This document shows positions 29,126 through 34,850 of a stretch of 34,850 nt of DNA, piece by piece. Both the position numbers and the translations under genes were made by a program. Positions within the stretch are counted from its first letter, which is position 1. Each line of letters begins with the position of its first letter. The notes beneath the pieces were generated by a model, which saw only the letters and a program-made list of their open reading frames with translations, did not search any database and had not been told where the DNA came from. Source of the DNA: Collodictyon triciliatum (lineage: Eukaryota); assembly GCA_043381765.1 (NCBI GenBank), contig JBHJMP010000891.1:1-34850 (forward strand), read 5' to 3'.

Positions 29126-30511
29126 ATGAAGGTTGTCCGAGTTGCCGAGCTGAGTGAATTTGATGCAACCATGGCTTCTCTGGACTACGATCACAACCAA
29201 GCAAGTCTTTACTCGACCCCCATTCAAATGTATTTCTGCTCAAAACTTGACTTGTTTTCTGTAGGTTGCTCTTTTCTTTTCATTTTCTTTTTTTCTTCCA
29301 TTTTTCTTCTTTTTTTTTCTCCCAAACAGCCAGTTGAAAACTCTAAAAGGTATCGCACACATCTTTTATGAGTTTCTCTAATTACGCTCGCTCTTACATA
29401 TCCACTCCGGGCTCTGATGGTCTAGGTCTTTGTCGTCTTCATCAGCAGCGAAGATCCTCTCACCGGAGAAAGCTGGTGCCCCGACTGTGTTATCGGTGCG
29501 AAGCTATTCACTTATACAATCATACATAGATATCATTCATTTAATAATATATTATCCATCGATGCCTTGCCTTAGTTGATCTTTCTTTCATAAATGGATG
29601 ACACTCCCTCTATTCTAGACTTGGTGCATCTTGCAAAGGACATTTTATCTCTGCTATTGCAAAATCCTAGCATATATATACGCAGTAGAGATACTTATGA
29701 CCGCAATTATTGTTTACTTTTTTATTCTCTTCTCTTGAATATCGACAGCGGATCCGGCTATTCGAAAGGGTGTTGGAAGCATCCCCAACAGCATTCTCGT
29801 GGAGTGCCCAGTTGGAGAGCGCTCGATGTTTGTATCTTAAAACACTGTATATACGAATTAACTTTTGGCCGATTTAAACTTTTGCTACATGATTTGCGCA
29901 ATATGCTTCTCTCTCTTTCTCTTTTTCATTCATCCATTCATTTTTATTAATTTTTTTTTTGTATTACAATCTTTAAAGTCGCCTTGTATTAATGGGAATA
30001 CAAGTCCGTCAAAACAAGAGACCCATTCAACAACTCCATTATGCATAGCTACAAGAACAATCCTGATCATCCTTATCGCAAACATCCACAAATCAAGGTG
30101 AAGAAATCCACTCGCCACTTTTTTCCCTTCAAACTGCTTACATTTCTTTATATCTAAAATTGTCTCGGCGAATGACAATTTCCTGTATTTTTTTTTATGA
30201 CTGAAATATTACTATCCTCTGACATAAATCGCAGCTGGAGCGCATCCCAACTCTCATCCACTGGACGAAGGTATATGTCAAACTTTACCAGACTATCTTT
30301 CCCTTCATTATAATGCCATACTGTCATCCATTAAATCAACCAAAAATCAAACCAAAAATCGGAATAATGATACCAAAAAAACAGAATGATTAATCACCAA
30401 AATCAGGCTGGACCTCATGGCCGTCTGGTCGAGGCGGAATGCACCACTATCGAGCAGGTCACGGCTTTTGTCCAATCACACGCCAGCCACAGCCACAGCC
30501 ACAGCCACTGA
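29126..30511 (+). CDS. TXNDC17: Thioredoxin domain-containing protein 17 (TRP14), 6 exons, with a C-terminal (SH)4 tail
   Basis: GESWCPDCVIADP active site, VGER..YKNNPDHPYR, IPTLIHW, RLVEAEC. The first intron is GC-AG (29201-29425). Stop TGA at 30509-30511. Confidence 0.92.
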
Positions 30512-30920
30512 ACAAACCCAACCACACATAAACCTGACAGACAAACAAACAAAAACTACAAATCCGTACCGCGTATTCATACCATAATTGTCTGCAATCC
30601 CAAATCTGGCAGAAAGACAAAAGTCAAAAATAAAAGAGGATTCCAAAAGTAAAGGCTCAAACGAAGGCGCTGATCAAGTCAAGACTCATCACAACTACTT
30701 TCCGGTTTTTCTTTTGACCCTTAGTTCGCTTCAAATCACAGTTACTTTCTGATAAACCGTGCATATGATAGTTTATAAACAGAAGAAGAAGAAAAAAAGA
30801 AAAAAGAAAATAAAAGGTGCAACTGAGTTCATCCTTCGTTCTGCTTTCATTTTCTTTGACGCCCTCTTCTTTTCCTTCTTTTATGTATTTCCTTCTTGCT
30901 GGACTGCGTTAGTTTGTGCC

Positions 30921-33260
30921 ATGCTTCGCTCGATCTTTGTTGCGTTGGTCTTTGTGGCTGTGTTGGCTGCCCCGGCCTCGCTTTCCTTGCAGCTTTACTG
31001 GTCCCCAAAGGGAATCAGTGTTGTGCCGAGTTCGCTTTTCCAAGTTGCGTCAATTCGTGAATTCTCGGACGGCGCTCTGCTCATACTCAACACAAAGGAG
31101 CCGGACAACTACCTCCAATACGGTCTTCCTTCTGACCTTTATTTTCTTATCTTTTATCTTTACATTATCTACTCCAAGCACTTTCTTGCTTTACACGCAA
31201 GCACTTCTTTGGTGCAATACTGTATTTTATTATTTATCATTTTTGATACTTTATCGGCCATTCTTCTTTCTTCATCAATACTTCCCTGCACAGATATCGA
31301 TACTATCCCGGCTCTCTCGTTTGGAGAGCCCTATCTCGTGCAATTTGAGTACACAACAATTATTTATTTATCTATTTATTTATCTATTTATTTATCTATT
31401 TATTTATCTATCTATCCAATTATTTATTTATTACTTATCAATTATTCTGTTTCTATTTCAGCTCATCCACAAGTCTCTTTTTAAATGCTTGTTTATGCAT
31501 TCATAACCTGTTAAATAAAAGGTCGAATGAGCAGCTTGTCTCCTTCCGCCATCTGGTTCCCATGGTCTATGAAATGCCTGGCAACTTCGCAGTTCTTTAC
31601 TTGAACCACCACGATCTCTGCACAATCAACCATGCACTTCGCCGCCGAAACCCAGAGAAGCTCGAGGTATGCTTCGATATGCATAATATTTTCCCTGAGT
31701 GGCATATGCGCTCTTTATTTTTTCTATGGATCAAAAGTACATCTCTAAAAACTGGGGTTTGTCGCACTACAGTATGTGGCCCCAGCTCCTCGCCCAATCA
31801 CTCCTCGATCTTCTGTCAATCGTGCCACCAAGCAGGAGCTGGTGAATGCTGTGAGACAAGAGGACTTTGAAACGTAATGACATCGCCAATGTTATCTAAT
31901 TTTTCGTTACTTAAAATCATAATCAACAAGCCAAAAAAAAATTCCGAGAAAAATGCAATTATTTTGGACATATTTGCCTTTAAAAATCTGTCATGGTACT
32001 TGAAGTTTGCTTTTCGTGAAACCCATCTCTTATATATTTGCAGCTTTGCCAAGGAGTTGTCTGGCGCTGCCTCTTTCACTCTGAGAGGACAAACCTTTAC
32101 CAACAACAATCGGTATTATTGCTATTATTTTGCTTGGGAAGCGTTATACCATACCTATTTTCATTTGCTTAGTCTCTATTCTCGTTAGTCTTAAACAAAT
32201 TATATTTCAAGCAATACCTATCAACCCGGAAATGCACTTGCTGCAGACTATATCGCTGATCGATTCAAATCGTTTGGTTATGGGGATGTGCAGTTTCAAA
32301 ACTTCACTGTATGGCTTTTTAATTTCAGCAGGACGTCATATTATTATGTTTATACTATCTTACATATTATCGGTACATGATTTACAATTGATTTTTTGCG
32401 ATTTATAGTGGGTGGATGCTTTATTGTCCCGTTTCTACTGTTTTATTCCTTTTTTTCTCCATTTCTCTTGGAAGGTTTCGGGCACTCCAACATCGAACGT
32501 GATTGCTATCAAACGTGGCTCTGTTTACCCTGACCAAATAATTGTTATTGGTGCGCACTTTGATAGCACCAGCGAAAACACAGCCCGTTCAGCACCAGGA
32601 GCAGAAGATAACGGAAGTGGGACGTCTGCTGTGCTCGCAATAGCCAAGGTATGTTGACGATAGATCCTTTCAAGCTCTGATGAATTAAGCAAAGAATATT
32701 ACAAATGAATTCCATTAAAACCAAATAAATCCTTGCTGTTCATCTGCTTATCATTCATTTACCATCTCCCAGGCATTTGCTAGTGCTCGATCTGAGAAGA
32801 CTATCCACTTCATTGCATTCAGTGGTGAAGAGCAAGTAACCGTTTTTCTTTTCTTTTCTTTTCTCCTCAGCGCGCACTTAGAAGATATTCTGCTTGCGAC
32901 TGTAGCTGTATTCTCACGCCTCTAAACACGCACAGGGCCTTTTGGGAAGTGCATACTATGTCAGCGTCGCCGACAAATCCAAAGTATTAAATGCCCTTAC
33001 TATGGACATGGTTGGATACTGGAAAACCAACCGCGGAATTCTTATCGAAGGCACACCGCAATATCGCACTTTGATGTCTGTTGTGGAATCTAATGTCAAG
33101 GCCTTCACCTCTCTGAAAATCGAGGTTTTCTATTTATTTATTTTTTATTTTTCCTACGTAGATTAGGAACTTAAAGTGTGTATGCAAACAAAATTTTGCT
33201 ACTCTTCATGTTTCCTTCTTCCATAACACTGATACCTTTTACTTTTATTATTATTATCCC

Positions 33261-33359
<99 letters not shown>

Positions 33360-33916
33360 AATTATGATCCATCGTGTTTCCACCACAGCCGTTTTTTTTC
33401 GGTATGCCATTATAATTGAAGTTCTAACTTTATATTTTACAGTTATCTTATACGAGCTTCGGTAGTGACCATGTTCCTTTCCAGCGTGGAGGAATCCCGG
33501 GTAATTTTTTTGTTTTGGTTTCAACCAATTCACCTACTATGAAACAAAATAATGACATTTATTGATGAAATAATAAGAATGTGAATAAGACTAAGACTAA
33601 TGAGATGAAAGAGAAAGAAACACATATAAACCTATTTTTTTGAGAGACAGGAAAGTAAAACAAACAATTAATGAATTATGAACACTATATCTATCAACCT
33701 TCGGCGCGTCGTTTGCGAATCAACCACAAACCGTGAACCTCGCATTCTCCCACACCTTCGATTGCAGCCATCCTCGGCATCGACCTTGACTGGGGCTCCT
33801 ATCCCGACTACCACCGCACTACAGACACATACGACAAGCTGGACGCCTCGCTGGGCTTCGACATTGCCCGGTCGATGATGGGCGCACTGGTCGATCTTGC
33901 CGGTGTTCCTGCCTGA
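30921..33916 (+). CDS. Secreted M28 family zinc aminopeptidase, 11 exons
   Basis: Signal peptide MLRSIFVALVFVAVLAAPAS. Metal-ligand motifs IVIGAHFDS, APGAEDNGSG, FSGEEQGLLGS, MDMVGY, GSDHVPF and YHRTTDT. Stop TGA at 33914-33916. Confidence 0.92.
33261..33359. repeat. (GTT)n microsatellite in a peptidase intron
   Basis: Trinucleotide run. Confidence 0.95.
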
Positions 33917-34380
33917 GTCGTGCGCTCAGGCGGTCTGATTCGCGCTCGAAAGAGACACGTTCTTTGGAGATAAATAGTGTGGATGAATCATTTACATATA
34001 GTCTGATTATTTATTTATTTATAATTATCATTATTATTTTACTAATTGTTTATGCAAGATGTTTTGGTGGATATATGGATAAGGATATTATGACACGCTT
34101 ATTGGTGTAACTATGCCTGAGTTTTCGGTCAGGTTTCGCTTCGAGGCAGTTCACGCAATATTTCATTCCGTAATTTTATTCTTCATTATTTTTTTTTCAA
34201 GAGTGTTGGTAAAGTGACAATGGTTGGATTTACACTGGGTTTGTTCTCTCCTTTTTTGAGCAATGCGGGAAAGTGTTATGGCGGTATGATGGAAAGAAAT
34301 GGCCAGGGAATTTTAAGGTTTAATAGATACTCTCGTACTCGGGATTGGACACGGTCTGAACAGAATCATTTGTGGCAGAT

Positions 34381-34715
34381 TCAAGTAGCCTCCTTTTGTT
34401 CGGCACGTAGGGTCGATATCTGCTTCTCCGTCAAGTCGTGCTCTTGTTTCAGTGCCTGTCTCCACCGCTCCGTCTACACACAAAGATATAGATGAGAACA
34501 CAGATGTAAACAGGATGAGATGATTTTTCTGTGATGAGATGGCGAGCCGCGGTCAGAATGTTATTGATTGAGAATGGCGGATCGGCAAACCTCGGATAAA
34601 TGCGTCTTGTACCCCTCGATTCGGACTCGGTTCGACTTCAGTTGCTGTTCCCACTGTACAATATCCGCCGGTAAAGCAGGCACGACAGAAGAACTCGTTG
34701 CCTTATCAGCTTTTT
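34381..34715 (-). CDS. Last two exons of an unidentified coiled-coil protein that starts beyond the window
   Basis: cag|AAAAAGCTG exon (KADKATSSS...QWEQQLKSNRVRIEGYKTHLSE|gt), then tag|ACGGAG exon (TERWRQALKQEHDLTEKQISTLRAEQKEAT*). Confidence 0.6.
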
Positions 34716-34752
34716 CTGGAGAGCAAATATTAGTTTTTGTATACAAAACCAT

Positions 34753-34850
34753 ATACATACATACATACATACATACATACATACATACATACATACATAC
34801 ATACATACATACATACATACATACATACATACATACATACATACATACAT
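34753..34850. repeat. (ATAC)n microsatellite
   Basis: Tetramer run to the window end, intronic. Confidence 0.95.

Overview
Eukaryotic (protist-like) AT-rich, very intron-dense window with microsatellite-filled introns. By manual splicing I reconstruct eight protein genes. (1) A ~44-exon four-domain voltage-gated cation channel (-, 11982..198) with Nav-like III-IV linker and EF-hand/IQ tail, a His-rich N-terminus and an atypical D/Q/D/D selectivity ring. (2) A Rad5/Rad16-family SNF2 ATPase with a RING finger (-). (3) A PI4-kinase III beta/Pik1 (+). (4) A four-exon CENP-X/MHF2 gene almost invisible in the ORF track (-). (5) A U1-type zinc-finger gene resembling the minor-spliceosome protein ZMAT5 (-). 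(6) TXNDC17/TRP14 (+). (7) A secreted M28 aminopeptidase (+). (8) The 3' end of a coiled-coil gene (-). The most notable signals are the channel pore and the splicing. There are two clear U12-type AT-AC introns, a probable U12-type GT-AG intron, a probable GA-AG intron, two GC-AG introns and a 10-nt micro-exon among roughly 85 introns. All exon models are hand-built from reading frame, splice signals and recalled family motifs; no database searches were run and the organism is not identified.
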